From assembly GCA_965112155.1 (NCBI GenBank), contig OZ218101.1: a stretch of 64,000 nt of DNA; one strand, 5' to 3'. Positions 13,440 through 28,100 of this stretch are shown piece after piece (positions within the stretch are counted from its first letter, which is position 1; the number at the start of each line of letters is the position of its first letter). The position numbers were made by a program, and so were the translations under genes. This DNA is from Podarcis liolepis. Its lineage: Eukaryota. The notes under the pieces are model-generated. The model was not told where the DNA came from and searched no databases. It was given only the letters and a program-made list of their open reading frames with translations.

Positions 13440-15030
13440 TCTCTCTCTGTTAGAGTTCTTTGAGAAGGTTAAGCATGTGGATAGGAGTGTATACTAGAGA
13501 TGGATGGTTTAGCCTATTTCGTGTGTTTATTCATAAATTTGTTCAGTCCAATTTCTGCATTAATCTGTGGATTTTAAAAATTTAAATAGCTGTATGAAAA
13601 TTCATATATACATACATATTTTGTCTCAATGCACTCGTTTCCAAATGTATTTGATCCTAAAATATATACTTTTAATTTGATGTCGGTGTGTGTCTTCATT
13701 CAAAAACTGTATCATTAAATTTAGAGGTGTAAAATCTGAAGAATTACATTCTGATCTGTATATAATTCTAAGAGGTGCAAATTAGGTTAGTTCACTTAAA
13801 TATACAAACCAAGCAAAATTATCCTCCATCCCTAATGTTTACTTGGATTTTCAAAAAGCTTTCAACAAAGTCCCTCTCCAAGGCACTTAAGTAAATGTAG
13901 CAGTCATGGGATAAAAGGGCAGGTCTTCTTAGACATCAGTAATTGGTTAAAGAACAGTAAGCAAAGATTTAAGACTCAATGGACACTTCTCACAGTGAAG
14001 GGATGTAGGAAGAAGCGTGATCCCCAAGGACCAGCATTTTTAACTTGTTTGTAAGTGGCGTAGAGGAGGGAGTGTCAACCTTTTGGGGCCCATGGGCCCA
14101 TTTGCAAACCAGATAAACTATTGTGGCCACCACAAACTATTATATTGCCAACAATATAATGCATCTTTCATGCTTATTTTCAGCAGAGGGAGGGGACTGT
14201 TGGGCACCAGAAAACAACCCCTGACCTAGAGCTAGGATGAGCAAGAGGGCAATTCAGTGTAAGTGTAAATTGATGCACAATGGTGCAAAAAATCCTAATT
14301 TCACATATACACTGTTGGATTCTGAGCTGATGGTGATTGGTAAGGAAAAGATTATGAACATCTCAATGAAAACACTGTGCATGACAACTTGTGTATGACA
14401 AAAGGGATTGAAAACTTGCTAATATCACAATATCTGTATAAAAAATATTTAACACAACATATTTGGAATACTGTGAACAATTTTGTTTGCCAGATCTCAG
14501 AAAGGATATTACAGAACTGAAAATGGCAACCAATTCTGGTGAGAGGAATGAAGCAACTCCTTTATGCAGAAACTGCTGGGGCTTTTTAGTTGGGGGGGGG
14601 GGCGACAAGAAAGGAGTTAAAATTATGCAGGATGTGCAGAAAGCAAATAGAGAGACCATTGATAGGGTCATCCAATGGGCGATTCTGGGCAGAAAAAGTA
14701 AGTACTTCTTCACACAGAACTTAATAAATGTATTAAATTTGCTATGGCAATGGCCACCAACTTAGATGGTTTTAAAGGGGTACTGGACAAATTCATGGAG
14801 GATAAAGTCTTCAATGGCTACTAGCAACAATAGCCATATACTGCCTCCAGGGCTGGAGTCACTATGCCTCTGAATGCCAGTTGCTGGGAAGCAACTATGG
14901 GAGAGGGCTATTGTCTTAAGCTCTTCAGTTTATGCGCTTCCAACAAAAACATGGTTGGTCACTCTGGGAACAGAATGCTGGATGAGATGGGCCTCTGGTC
15001 TACTCCAACAGGGCTCTTACGCCTTTATGA
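13440..15030 (+). mobile_element. Degraded, interrupted CR1 LINE 3' region
   Basis: tacttggattttcaaaaagctttcaacaaagtccct (YLDFQKAFxKVP), a WLKN motif and a CR1-like 3' end. Confidence 0.65.
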
Positions 15031-16367
15031 CTAAGGCAACGCAGTGGATTCAATGAAAGATGACTCAAGATGTCTCTGTTCATTTATGTAGGCAAGTGAA
15101 AACTCGAAAATGAAATGGTTGCTAAGTGAGTTCTTACATCTCAAAGCAGGTGGAAAGGAGACAAAAAAAATAGAAAAATCTTGATAAAGGGAAATCTATA
15201 ATAACACTAGGCTAACAAATGGGATTGCTATCAGGATTCTTGAGCTAATTTATGTGAATTTTTTTGAGCACTCTAAGTGCTATATAAATGCTAGATATTA
15301 TCATTAAAGTATTTATAGCATACTAGCTTAAGAAAGTTAATGTCATTGCATAATGATCCACTATTATGGTAGGTTATTCTAACATCTAAAATTCATTAAA
15401 TGGGATTTATGGCTCTACATAGTACTGAATTATTACTGTAATAAATCCCATGCTACAGACTAACAAATTAATCATACTGAGTCATTTTCAAAGTGAAATG
15501 TATCTGGTCTGCATGGTTTTGCCTGGCCCAGGCCTAAGCATGACTTACTAACCATATATTTATAGAATATGATACAAAATAAATACCAACATGTTTGCAC
15601 ATTTTTTGGATGTGTGTGTGTGTGTGTATTTCTTCGTCTCCTACCTAAGGCTCAATGGACATTCAGCTGAATTTCATTCCACCTGAGAAAATTTACCTGT
15701 GGCAAGATTTGTATTATTTTTGGATGCTGTGATGTTGATATATTAATGGTACAACAATTATGCTGTTGTATATTAACAGTAAATCCTTGTATATCATTTT
15801 ATATTTCAAGCCAGCATGCATTAATTAGTTTCAAGTGCTAGTGAGACCCACCTCTCATTAAGTCATGTAGAAAGGTTTTGAATCGTGGGCCTAATTTTAA
15901 AGATCAGTTCTCATGCATTCCAGTTCAAGGTGCTAAAAAAGGGAAGATGCTGCAATTTAATCATAACACCACCTAGGTGACATCTGTACTAGGCAGGATA
16001 CTACTGTTATTTTGCTGTCTAGTTGCTGTTGCTAAGAATGACGAAGTAGCGAAATTACATTTTCCCATTATTATTTCCAGACACACACTGGCAATGGTTT
16101 GTTGACTCTAATAAAGCTTCAGACAAAGCTGTCAGCAGAGGAAATGGCAGAAGGAGAGCAAAGAACAACCACCACCACAATAAATAAATTTGAAGTCTGG
16201 GTGATAGGTTGTGCATTTTTCGATAAAATTTAATGTGAGTTTTTCAGAATCTATCATACAGCCACAGCTAAATTCCAGATAGATAAGTGCATTCTATCAA
16301 GTCACGGTACTCAAGAAGTTGACAAACATAAACATATTATGAAGGATTAAAGAGACAAAAGACTTAC

Positions 16368-16483
16368 CTGCTATAGTATTGAGAAACATCAAATACTCAA
16401 AGTTTGAAATCTCCCTTCGTTGCCAGCGCTGAGTCATATTGGAAGATTTATACAGTTGACGGGGAGTGGCCAGAGAAATCCGT
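16368..16483 (-). CDS. NBEA: Neurobeachin coding exon (start of BEACH domain): (R)[38 protein letters not shown](G)
   Basis: Acceptor ttcctag|ACG and donor GCAG|gtaagt; 116 nt, phase 2 to phase 1; BEACH signature [16 protein letters not shown]. Confidence 0.96.
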
Positions 16484-16734
16484 CTAGGAATTAAATTTAA
16501 AGAACACATTCTAATAGTTGTTTCTATATTGCAAACTTATTAGCATTTTATAACTCAGAATTATGTATTCTTTTTCACACCGTTGTTGAAAAAGACTTAG
16601 TTGTTATTAGAACATATAGAATACATGCTAACAGGAACACCAGATGTAAACACTGGATTCACAATCCAATCCAATATAATTATAGTAGTACTTTCATGAA
16701 TCTTTTAAAATTTAATTGAACTTGTATGAGAGTA

Positions 16735-17582
16735 GCTGTGCGGAACTGCAATCAGACAATGGACTGGATGAGAGCCAACAAACTGAAGCTCAATCCAGGT
16801 AAATCAGGGGCACTGCTAGTGGGTAGTTCCCTACACTAGTTTACCTGATGGGGTTATGCTCCATTTGAAGGGGTGGGTACGTGGTTTGGGGGATACTTCT
16901 GGATCCATTGCTGTCGCTTGGGGGTCAGGGAGCCTCAGTGGTATAGAATGCCTTCCATCAGCTGCACCCCTATCTGGACAAGGATAGCCTGTGCCGTCTG
17001 TGCTCTGGTAATTCTAGGCTAGATTATTGCAACATGCTATATGTTGGGTTGCCTGTCAAGATGGTTCAGAAACTTGAGTTGTTGCAGCCAGGTAGCTCAC
17101 GGGGGCAAGATGGTTTGAGTATATTTCACCGATCCTGGCCCAACTGCATTGGCTGCCAATTAGTTACTGCACACAATTCAAAGGGCTGGTATTAAATGCC
17201 TCAGGATCGCAATACTTCAAAAACCACCTTTCTCCATATGAACCTACTTGGATCATCGTCTGAGGCCTTTCTTGGTGTGCCTCCTTTAAGAGAGGTCTGG
17301 ATTGTGGCTACATGAGAATGGGTCTTTTCTGTGATAACTTCCTACTTGTGGAATGCTCTCTGCAGGGAAGCTTGCCTGGCACATTCATATATTTAGGTGC
17401 CAGGAGAAAACATTTCTCTTTTACCAGGCCTTTGGCTGTATGGCCTATAAATGGTTTTTTTTTGGGGGGGGGAGGTTACTGGTTTTTATTGTTCTTGTTT
17501 TTATTGTGTATTTTGTGTTCTCGTTTTCTATTTTTATGTTGTGATCTTCGGATGAAGGGTGGTATACAAATTTAAATAAATA
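16735..17582 (+). mobile_element. Degraded L2 LINE 3' region
   Basis: WMRANKLKLNP, SRLDYCN and LHWLP motifs; ends in aaataaat. Confidence 0.75.
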
Positions 17583-19073
17583 GTCGTAGTAGTTCCTGCT
17601 TAAAATCTCACTTGTACCATGAATTCACTCAGTGGTCTTCAGCAAGCCCCTCTCTTTCAGCTTTATTGGTCTCATCTGCTGGATAGGGGTTCATATTAAC
17701 TAACCTTATAGAATTGTTATAAGGACTGTTATATATTTGGTATAAAAGAACCCGCAGAAATCATATATGCAATATAATTAACATTGTATGATACAGAATG
17801 GTGGAGTAGAAAAATTTGTTCCACTTTTGTTCCAACATTTTGGAAATGTTGGAATATTTTATTTCACTCACAGTATTAGTACAATCTACTTATTTTTAGG
17901 CATTACTTGGATCCTTTAAGGGCTTTTATTTTTGGATGCTACCTTCTGATTTGACAGAATATGATGCAAAACAAATCTCTTCTGATAGCTTCCTACTGGT
18001 AAGATAGCTGAAGAAAATCACGGAGTGTGAATTACTGTGGCAGAGTTAAATAAATTATGCACAGTAAATTGGTTCCATGCCCTTATGTTTCAAATAACGT
18101 AGGAAGGACACACTACTGTGGTGTTTTCTAAATCTGCCCAGCTTTGATCAAGTCACATTACCTTTTGGATATCCTACCGCAAATGTGTATATGGAAATGT
18201 TACTTTTGTTTATTGGAAAACAGCAACATCTCAACAGACCAAGGAAGCAATATTCCCTAAGCACTTGTGTGTCAGCATGACTAGTAAGCATTTCAGTAGG
18301 AGATGGGAGAGCGTTGGTTGGTGAACTGTGTCCTATGAGGCTGGGGGTTAACAAAATCTTCTAAATAACCAGTATCCCTACCATCGTGAGCATCTTTATC
18401 ATGTTTATGACATTTTTAACATAAGTAAAATCCTTACATACATTTTCCTGTGCTTTTAGCATTAAACGCCAGTGAACAGGCATCCCTACATAAAAATCTA
18501 ATTTATGCACAAAGGGATAGAGAGTCTCTGACCTGTAACAGTAGAGTAGGCAACATTTTTAAAAAATCAAAACAGTGAAAGATCCACACACTATTTAAAC
18601 AATAATTTTCCTGTAAGTGGAACAGACTAAAATACAATGATGGGAAGGTGGAATTTTCTAATTATACTTTTAAAAGAATGTATATCACAAGTAATTTAGG
18701 CTGCAATTGTAAACATACTTTCCTGTGAGTCGCCAATGAAGTCAGTGGGACGGAATAAACATTTATAGAATAGCACTGTTAAAAACTAATCTGTTAATTC
18801 CATCTTCATGACGATTCCAGAACACCTGGCAGTAACCTGTTTAACAATTATGATTCCTGTCTGAACAGGAAGCGATCTGAGAGTGAATGGACATGACACC
18901 CACAAATGATTTTACTTGAAAGTAATGCAATGTTTCCGTGACTATGATCACTTACGCATGATAGATACTCCACATAATCGAGCTTTCATGCATTATCATC
19001 GCATGACAATCTTGTGTGAATCTACTCTGAAGTTACCACAAAAGAAAACAGGAAATAAGATATATCATGATAC

Positions 19074-19176
19074 CTAGCTTGTGGCAAGCCATAGCTGGTT
19101 CCTACTCCAACACGAGGTAAGCTGTACACAACCTTTTTGACTGTTGCTTGGTCAGGAAAATTGAACATTACGGAAG
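19074..19176 (-). CDS. NBEA: Neurobeachin coding exon (end of PH domain/linker): (T)[33 protein letters not shown](R)
   Basis: Acceptor ccaacag|CTT and donor CTAG|gtatc; 103 nt, phase 1 to phase 2, in frame with both neighbouring exons. Confidence 0.95.
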
Positions 19177-19439
19177 CTGTTGGACAACCAGAATTGAGAT
19201 GTTAGGAACTGACTAATGTGCAAACAGACGTTTCTGTGTACAACACCTCATGATATCTCACGAAAAAATTACATTTATTTATAAGTAAAAGTATTACTAT
19301 ACAGCCCACTCACATACAATATCAAGCTGCCGCAACAGATAAAATATGATAAAATGATTCAAAATAGTCACAAGAATGACTTGCTCATAATCATAAGCAA
19401 CTGAATAGGTCTGTTGGCATGCAGAGTCTGGTGTTATTC

Positions 19440-19496
19440 AAATAAATAAATAAATAAACAAACAAACAAACAAACAAACAAACAAACAAGCAAGCA
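19440..19496. repeat. (AAAT)n(AAAC)n(AAGC)n compound microsatellite
   Basis: Direct reading. Confidence 0.95.
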
Positions 19497-20592
19497 TGCG
19501 TTAATAAATCTATATGATAATGTATATTTATTTATTAAACTATTTTTAGCCCAACTAAAAATCTCAGGGTGCAAGTAATATTTTACACATAGTATAAAAT
19601 AACAGTTACACTGCTGTACATAAGATCACAACCAATCAGTAAATCTCATCAAACTGGGAAGCCCAATATCAACTACAGTTTGCATGACCGAAAGGCCTGC
19701 ATAAACAGGCAGCTCTTAACTTGGTGAGAAAAGAAGACCACTGATGGTGTCAGCTGAATCTCTGAGGGCAGAGTGTTATGCAGCTGGGACTCCACAGCCA
19801 TGAAGCCATCTCTTTCATCTCCATATTGATATATAGTTACCAAAGAAGGGAGGTGAGAAAAGGTCATTGGCTGTAACTTTATCCTTCTATGAAACCAAGG
19901 CACTTTAAAGGACCCTTCTCAGATTCCTACATAGAAAGGTAGGCAGATCTACACTGTGCATCAAGGTCCTATCTTGCAGAAAACCATACTCAGGAAGAAA
20001 GGTGCACATCCACCTATTCAGTCCTGTAGCACACTGAACAGAATGCTCATTGCTTACTTTAAAAATTCACCAGAACTGCTGTTTGTTCATACTAATTACA
20101 TTGCTTTAATATTGTGGTGATTAACACAGCTTTTTACATCTAAAATACATACTTGGATCCTTTGAAAAGTGACACTTGTTTTACATAATTGCTTATTTGG
20201 GCGTAAAAGTTAATTCCTGGAGTGTTATTTCCTGGTGTACATATACACCACCCATTCTATAACACAATGGACAGACAATTTTCTCCTCCGATTTATAACT
20301 AATAGTCTCCATATTTTGGACTCAGTTGTGGGGGAACACAATATCAGCTTTGTATTACACAAGAACATTCCAGTAATTTCAGTGATGTTTGCAGGTCATT
20401 TCCTGGAAAATTCACTGTGCTCAAATGAATGGTTAATTGTTATGTTTACTTTTTTTGCAATACACAGATTTTATGCTATCAACAAATTCATCAGATGGCA
20501 AAGTTACACTCTCAGCTGCTTAAGATTCATTATCTTTTGAAGTCTAATAATTTTAAAGCATTATGTTGTTGTTTAAGTAATATAGTGTGAGG

Positions 20593-20810
20593 ACATAAGA
20601 AGGGCCTGCTGGATCAGGCCAATGGACCATTTAGTCCAGCAACCTGTTCTCACAGTGGTCAATTATACACCTATGGGAAACCCACAAGCCATTACCTGAG
20701 AGGAACAGCACTCTATCCACTAGCAAGTCTCAGTATCTGGTATTCGGGGCATACTGCCTCTGACAGCAGAGTAGAACATAGCCATTGTTCTACTCATAGC
20801 TGTTGATAAA
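20593..20810 (-). mobile_element. CR1-type 3' fragment
   Basis: cataagaagggcctgctggatcaggcc is the reverse complement of the type of end seen at about 14870-15030. Confidence 0.55.
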
Positions 20811-21244
20811 GCATATCATGTGGCCTATCAGAGATATATCAGGTAGGATCCGAATTTCACCTTCTATGGATGGAAATGCTCCTTCCCATAGCCAATATTT
20901 GCTAACAAATAAAAACATAATTACTTTGATAACCTGAAGTCAATCACATTTGTTGTTAATATTTTGTTCATGAACTGCACCAAATATTTGATCTAAAAAC
21001 TGAGTAAAATTCAGAATATGAGCCATCCCGCTACAGCAGCTGGGGCTCAGTGAAGCCTTCTCTTTCCCACTGTCCCATGCATTGGCTGTCTACTCATAGA
21101 CATGTATGGATCATTACTTCTGCCTGGAAACAAAAAGTGAGAAACTAAATATCATTTCTGGATGCACATTTTCAGATCTGGTAGGTTTTGTTAGTTTTTA
21201 AACAGATGTACAAATACTTTATTCAAAACATGCAGTGAACATAC

Positions 21245-21362
21245 TTCTGTTTGCCATGAACACCTCCAAGGCTGTATTCTGAAGAAGGTAACGTCTTGAG
21301 AAAACAGCTCGAATTTCGCTGAACATCCATTTTCCATGAAGGCCTTCTGTATAAGCAAGAAC
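21245..21362 (-). CDS. NBEA: Neurobeachin coding exon (PH domain): [39 protein letters not shown]
   Basis: Acceptor ttttgtag|GTT and donor AGAA|gtatgt; 118 nt, phase 0 to phase 1. Residues [10 protein letters not shown] and LEVFMANR fit NBEA rather than the paralog LRBA (recalled sequences). Confidence 0.95.
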
Positions 21363-23854
21363 CTACAAAAGAAAAAGAACACTTTTTGACTTGTGATTTT
21401 GGTGCTACTAATAAAAACCAACTTATGCTTAAGTATTATTTTTTTCCTGTATCTTGAAGAATTCTTTTTATGTGATATGATGCCATTCCTCCCTGTTTGC
21501 TGGGCAATGTCACACTTTAAAAAGATCACCTCCTGCCAAATCTGGCGACCCTATGAATCATCAGCCACCTATTCTAAGGGAACTGAGATGAAAGAAAACC
21601 CCTGAGAAAATCCTGTTACTGAAGGAAATGTTGGTCAAATGAAAGCAAAGGGAAGTTCAGAGAAAGCAAAATTGTCTCAAGTTATTTGTCGGTGAAGTAA
21701 CCAACCAGAATTTTTTTCTTGGGTTCCAGTCCTCCAACAGGTATCATGCCTCTATTAATGACAAATCTGGGTTTGAGAAACCAGACAAGAGGAAAATACA
21801 AAAATGCAACATGTGGACAAATATTTCAGTTCCGCACTTTTACAATGACAATGGCAATAGCAGGAAATTTTATCATAGCAACATGCTGGTTTTTAAGGTG
21901 ACCACAAGCTAGAAGGAGATACCTGAAAGCAAAAAGATTTGTTACTACCAAAAGACTTGACAATAGTATTATCATCACCTTTTAAGCTTCTTTTTTGGCC
22001 TTCCACTTTTGGGAACTGATTAATGACCTGATTTGATTTCTTAGGCTGCAATTCTTAGGCTGCAAAGTACGGTATATCACCTAGGAAGTGAATGTCAATG
22101 ACCTCTGTGGAACTTAATTCAGAGTAAATATACTGCACATTTGGGTTAAAATGTATGGCTGTTCACATCTAATGAATATTTGGATAGAGTTGCATTCTTA
22201 TTTAGAGTCTAAAGTCTGTTTTAGACAGCAAACTTCCATGAATGATTTATTTATTTATTTATTTTTGGTTCTCTGTCATGGAATGAATTACGGTAATAAT
22301 TCTAGTTGGCTAAAAAGCAAAGAAAAAAGTGCACAGCTTAGATGCACAGGTTTAAAGAACAGTGGGAATACAAGGACACCTTATTTGAGTCGATGAATAG
22401 GTACGATCCCATCAGTTATTGCTCATATACTATAGCTATCCGTGAATCATGTTGTAGAACATACCTTGTACTAAAGACTCCAAGTAATTAAGAATTTGCT
22501 AGGTGTATTCTAATGATTAATTATATTCACTATTTGATCAATGCAGCTTACTCCAGAACGAACTTTACCAGCTAAACATTGAATCAGTAGATCATGCAAG
22601 GCCTTTGTCTATCAGATTAAGGAGATTTTTAGCATCAGATGTCTTCTTCTGTGTACATAATTACACACATATCAAGTCACCTTACAATATACCTTGATAG
22701 ACATTTAGTTTTCTTTGATATATGATACTAAATAGCATAAATCTTTATGCAAAATGTGAGGTAATCTAAAACTATAACTCCTCGATTTATACCAGTTTCT
22801 GTTTAGGGTATTTTTTGTTAACGCTAAGCATTCAATGTCCTAGAAGAAATTAGAGACGTCGGTGGATTTAAGATGTTAAAAATGTATATCTAGGATCATA
22901 TGATGTTCTGTATGTCACAGAAGCTGCAGCCAGATACCCTTAAATGTTCACCTGGTTGCTATACATAAGCACCAAAATTTGGAGTTATGCTAGAATTGGA
23001 CCTTTCTTAACATGTAATGTTGTCCACGCAAGTTAATGAAACATATTTAAAATCTGTGGAGAAATAAACTAGAAATATTAATAATAAAGAAACCTTAGAA
23101 TACAAACAATGAAAAATCCTGAGAATACAAACAGGGACATATATTCTCTCTCTCTTTATGAAACTGTGTGAAATACCTATTTTTCTGTCATAAAGGGAAA
23201 CATTCACATGAAAGGAAAACAAGTAGGTAGAATGTGACAGTATGCATAAATATACATGGGCAAACCATATTCATTTGTTTAAGTCAGGGAAACAATATAT
23301 ATTTATGTTTCTTTATGCAAGGGAAAAGGTTTAGCTTGGAGGTAAAATCATACATTATTACATAGCAGCTCAGGATCTGATTGTCTTACTTCGGGTCTGG
23401 ATGAAATTCCCCATAGGTCAGATTTATAGGGACGCTTGCTTTTGTTTTCTGCTCTCTCCAGCATGCTATGGCAGTATTCAGCCCATGGACTGTTTTCTTC
23501 ATATAGTCATATTTGGAGAAGATATTGTAGGTCACCAAGTTCAAATTTCTGCTTGATGCAAGAAATCCAGCCTTTGGTTGAATGACAAAGGAGAGCCTAT
23601 TTCTCCCCATGCTAATTAATTGCATAGTTAAACTCATCTTACTACTCTGAAATTTTCTCTAATGCCGAATAAAAATCTACTCTCCTGTAACTTAATTACA
23701 TCTACTCCTCTGGGGCAGCATAGGACAAGGCTTCTTCCACGTAAGAAACCTTCACATCTTTGAAGACTGCTATTATATTCCTCCAGTCCTTGGTCTTCTC
23801 CAGGCTAAACATACCCAGTTCCTTTAACCTTTCCTCATTGGGCTCCCCCCTGTT

Positions 23855-24205
23855 AAAGGTAAAGGGACCCCTGACCATTAGGTCCAGTCGTGGACGACTC
23901 TGGGGTTGCAGCGCTCATCTTGCTTTACTGGCCGAGGGAGCCGGCGTACAGCTTCCGGGTCATGTGGCCAGCATGTCTAAGCCGCTTTTGGCGAACCAGA
24001 GCAATGCACGGAAACACCGTTTACCTTCCTGCTGGAGTGGTACCTATTTATCTACTTGTACTTTGACGTGCTTTTGAACTGCTAGGTTGGCAGGAGCAGG
24101 GACCGAGCAACGGGAGCTCACCCCATCGCGAGGATTCAAACCGCCGACCTTCTGATCAGCAAGTCCTAGGCTCTGTGGTTTAATCCACAGCGCCACCCGC
24201 GTTCC
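23855..24205 (-). mobile_element. Sauria SINE, full length, with 13-bp TSD TCCCCCCTGTTAA
   Basis: tRNA-like head with A/B boxes, ACCTTT tail; TSD at 23844-23856 and 24209-24221. Confidence 0.92.
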
Positions 24206-24891
24206 TTATCCCCCCTGTTAAGCCTACCCTAAAATGGATAGTCTCATGCAGTCTCTGCAGAAGACTCCCAAGTAGACACTCCTACTGGTGCAATGATCAA
24301 GTACGTAATCTGGGAGTATTCCTTGATTCAACCATGTCATTGGATGCCCAAGTAGCCTCAGTGGCAAGAAGTGTCTTTTTCCAGGCAAGGCTTTACAAGT
24401 CATGCCCAGACTGAAACCCATGGAGAAGGCTGCTGCTTAATTTGAGCGCAAATAGCGCCTTCATTTTAGTGGTCATTTTTATTGTACCGCTATTGCTGTT
24501 GGAATATAATTTTATTCTCCAGAATGCTGCCACAAGAGGGCAGAGCAAACTTCAAACCTCAGGAACTGGAGGAGGAGCCAGAAACATCCCCCAATGAATT
24601 ATAACCTTGTACTAATTTACACAGTTTATGTGCATGCGCTTGTCTTCATGCACGCAGACATCCCAACCCAGGTGCTAAGCTATAACAGTTCTGTAGCCAA
24701 AAGAAGGTGACAGAAAACGTGATGGAGGTATCAGCATGCTTGGGGGAGCTCCAAGGTTTGCAGAAGAAAGGAAAAAATCTAACTGACAATCAGCTTCTCC
24801 CAATAAGTGGCACAGGAGGATTGAGAATGCTGAAAGGTTGGGTGGGGGGAAACTGAAAATCGTGGGGTAGGGGAAATACAGTGGAAAGTCT

Positions 24892-25189
24892 TCGGCGGTT
24901 CGAATCCCCATGACGGGGTGAGCTCCCATTGTTCCGTCCCAGCTCCTGCCCACCTAGCAGTTTGAAAGCATGTCAAAGTGCAAGTAGATGAATGGGTACC
25001 ACTCTGGCGGGAAAGTAAACGGCATTTCCGTGCACTGGTTCACCAGAAGTGGCTTAGTCATGCTGGCCACATGAACTGGAAGCTGACTGCAGACAAACGC
25101 CAGCTCCCTCGGCCCATAGAGCGAGATGAGCACACAACCCCAGAATCGTCCACGACTGGACCTAACGGTCAGGGGTACCTTTACCTTTT
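24892..25189 (+). mobile_element. Sauria SINE, 5'-truncated
   Basis: B-box GGTTCGAATCC, body like the other copies, tail acctttaccttt. Confidence 0.9.
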
Positions 25190-28100
25190 AACATCAAACA
25201 ACACAACACCGTTGTTAAATAACGTATTGCCCTTGTTTGCCATTCTAAATCTTCCGAGGGCTAAGGTGATCTACCAATGTGAATAAGTGGTATGGTAGGT
25301 CTTTTTTCATTTGTACTTGCATCTGAGTATCCCACCACACAGACACAGAAAAAACAGAGTGCCATCCTAGCCAGAGTGCCTTGTTTCCCATTTTCCTCTA
25401 ATGTGGCTTCTGACACACTTGTGTGCTCTCCATAACGTGAGCTTACGACTGAGCGTGCTAGGAGTGGTTAGAAAGTTAAGATCCAAGAATTGAAGCAGCC
25501 ACATTCGGAGTCCTTTGGGTCTTCTCTCACGGCCATAATTAATACTAGTAATGGAATCGTTTCGCCCAAGGCAATGAAATAAAAACTGATCCTAGAACTA
25601 TAAGTGAATCCTTCCAATGTTTGTGATCTGTTAAAGAGCTTGCATTCCCTCCTCTCCGCCTATTATTAGCCAGCATCCATCTCATTGCTGATTGCCATTC
25701 CCCTGTGGCTCTTTTCTGGCCATACCCTGTTGGCAAACATAAGGGTATTGTGTGCATATGGCTAAAGATGGCTCTCTTATCTGACACACATATCCTCAAA
25801 TAAGCTAGTATCCACATACCCACAGGGTGGGGGAGGGGGATGTGCAAGTCCCAAGCTAAAAATAATTGTAATGTCTAATCTTTAACTTTTTAGCATCAGG
25901 CTAGGTTGCTTTCACAGCAGCCTTCTAGAGAAAATCCAACACACGCCAGATGACAATTGCAAACTAATCCCTTTCCTGCTTTCGATTTCTTTTTATGAAC
26001 TGCAAAAGCAAGGTCCAAGAGACAGCCTCTGATGCACCTCAAGTCCAGTACATGCCTTTCAAACCTAATCAAGAGGGTGTAAAAATGTATATGGAAAGAT
26101 GAAAGTGTCTTTGCCTTTGTAACATATGGCAAAAAAGCAGGAAAAGGCTGAAAGAGATGTTCCATAGGGGAAGGTTAAGTCTGATGCTAATGCTTATTTA
26201 AAATGGTGACAGTCTGGAGTAGTGAAGCCTTGCTGGGCTGCTTTAATTTCTCTCTGGAATAGCTTTCTCCCAACCTTCTGCAGCACATCAAAGTCTCTGG
26301 AGCTCAATTAAAATTGGATTATATTGAAATGCTCTGTCTATGGGACTGTGTGCTCACTAACACTTTTCTTTCGGTAATACTGCAGATGACAGTTGCCCAT
26401 CCCAATTTAAACAGTTGTCATAGAGACCACAAACTAAAGCAGCAGTAACTAACAATACAAAGGAAAGGTAAGTGCTCGGATTTCTATGAATGAAGGGGTT
26501 GGCTTTCAGCTGCATTGGATATACCACAAGCCCTTAAATGCAGCTAACATAAAAGGCTGTAATATGCCAAGCAGCTTGGCAGAGAGAAGCAAAGTAAACG
26601 ATTCAAGTAAAGAATTTCATTTGCGCCTAGATAGCAACCCTGTAATTAGACAAGCATTTTGTATGTGGCTATTCTTCCACTACTTAAAATATCCAAAATT
26701 AATAGACTCTCTCTAAGGATCAGTACTGAAGGTGGGATATAGACAATAGCCAGCAGTCAGTAAATTGAAGAAGTTAATAATTACTTTCTAATTACCAGTT
26801 TAACATAATTGGAGTAATTACTAGGCACAGTAAGGGATTATTCTGTTATTTAATAAAAACAGAAAACTTTGTTTCCATGTGAATATGTGAAATGGGGAGC
26901 ACCTTCATGCAATTCCATGAAAATTGAAATATAAACAGAGATTAGACTTCTTTGTATCATTTTATTAGTAAGATGTCCACTGAGAAAACAGAGGCTTATT
27001 TTATATGAGATTATATCCTGAGCTATTCCATAGACTCAAGTCAGATAATCATGTTATTCAACACAATGTTCATGATGTACAATGTAAATATAAAACATTT
27101 TAAAATAACCCATCTAAATGGGTATGTGATCAGACCTAAATAGATTTTAATTTAAAATCTTGCTTAATGTTATTATATTGCTTCAAAGATTGTCGACATT
27201 TTATATATAAAAAAATCCCTGTTCTGGCACTTTTCAAAAAAGCAAAATACTGTTATGAAGACAGCTTATATTTCTGGCAGCCATGCAGAGCAATACATTT
27301 GACAGCATAGATTGCAAGTAATGATATCATGTTCTCATGTAAATGGCATGTTTCTGGCACCATAAAAACTCACGACTTTTCTTGTAATTGGCTTACTCAG
27401 AGTCCCAAGGTTTTCTTCCCCTTGTCATTGTGCTGATCACCATGGAAATGAACAATTACTGTTAGTTTACTGTATGGCTCTATTTTTCTTTAAAGCCCTG
27501 GGTAAGCATGCTCCGTGCTCTCTTGGGGNNNNNNNNNNNNNNNNNNNNNNNNNNNNNNNNNNNNNNNNNNNNNNNNNNNNNNNNNNNNNNNNNNNNNNNN
27601 NNNNNNNNNNNNNNNNNNNNNNNNNNNNNNNNNNNNNNNNNNNNNNNNNNNNNNNNNNNNNNNNNNNNAACAAGAAAGGCCCCTACAGCTTGAGCCTNNN
27701 NNNNNNNNNNNNNNNNNNNNNNNNNNNNNNNNNNNNNNNNNNNNNNNNNNNNNNNNNNNNNNNNNNNNNNNNNNNNNNNNNNNNNNNNNNNNNNNNNNNN
27801 NNNNNNNNNNNNNNNNNNNNNNNNNNNNNNNNNNNNNNNNNNNNNNNNNNNNNNNCCTGCCAGCTGGAGAGTTCAGCCCCAATCTAATCACACCACCAGA
27901 AAATAACTTTTCATGCTTTCAGTCTGAAAAGATGGGCTCAAGAAAAGGGTGGGTGGGGGAAGACTGAAACAATGCCATTTGCTTCAATTGCATATTGTTC
28001 TCCAGAAAGAAATTTTAAAAGAACTTATCAGCAAATGCATTCATGCTAATTAATATTAACAGAGCATTGAATTGGCCACAGAGGCTGACCAATAACAGAC

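Noticed and set aside
27467-27967. Long ORFs containing X runs (also near 11.3, 41.7, 49.6 and 50.5 kb)
   Set aside because: Artefacts of translating through N gaps.
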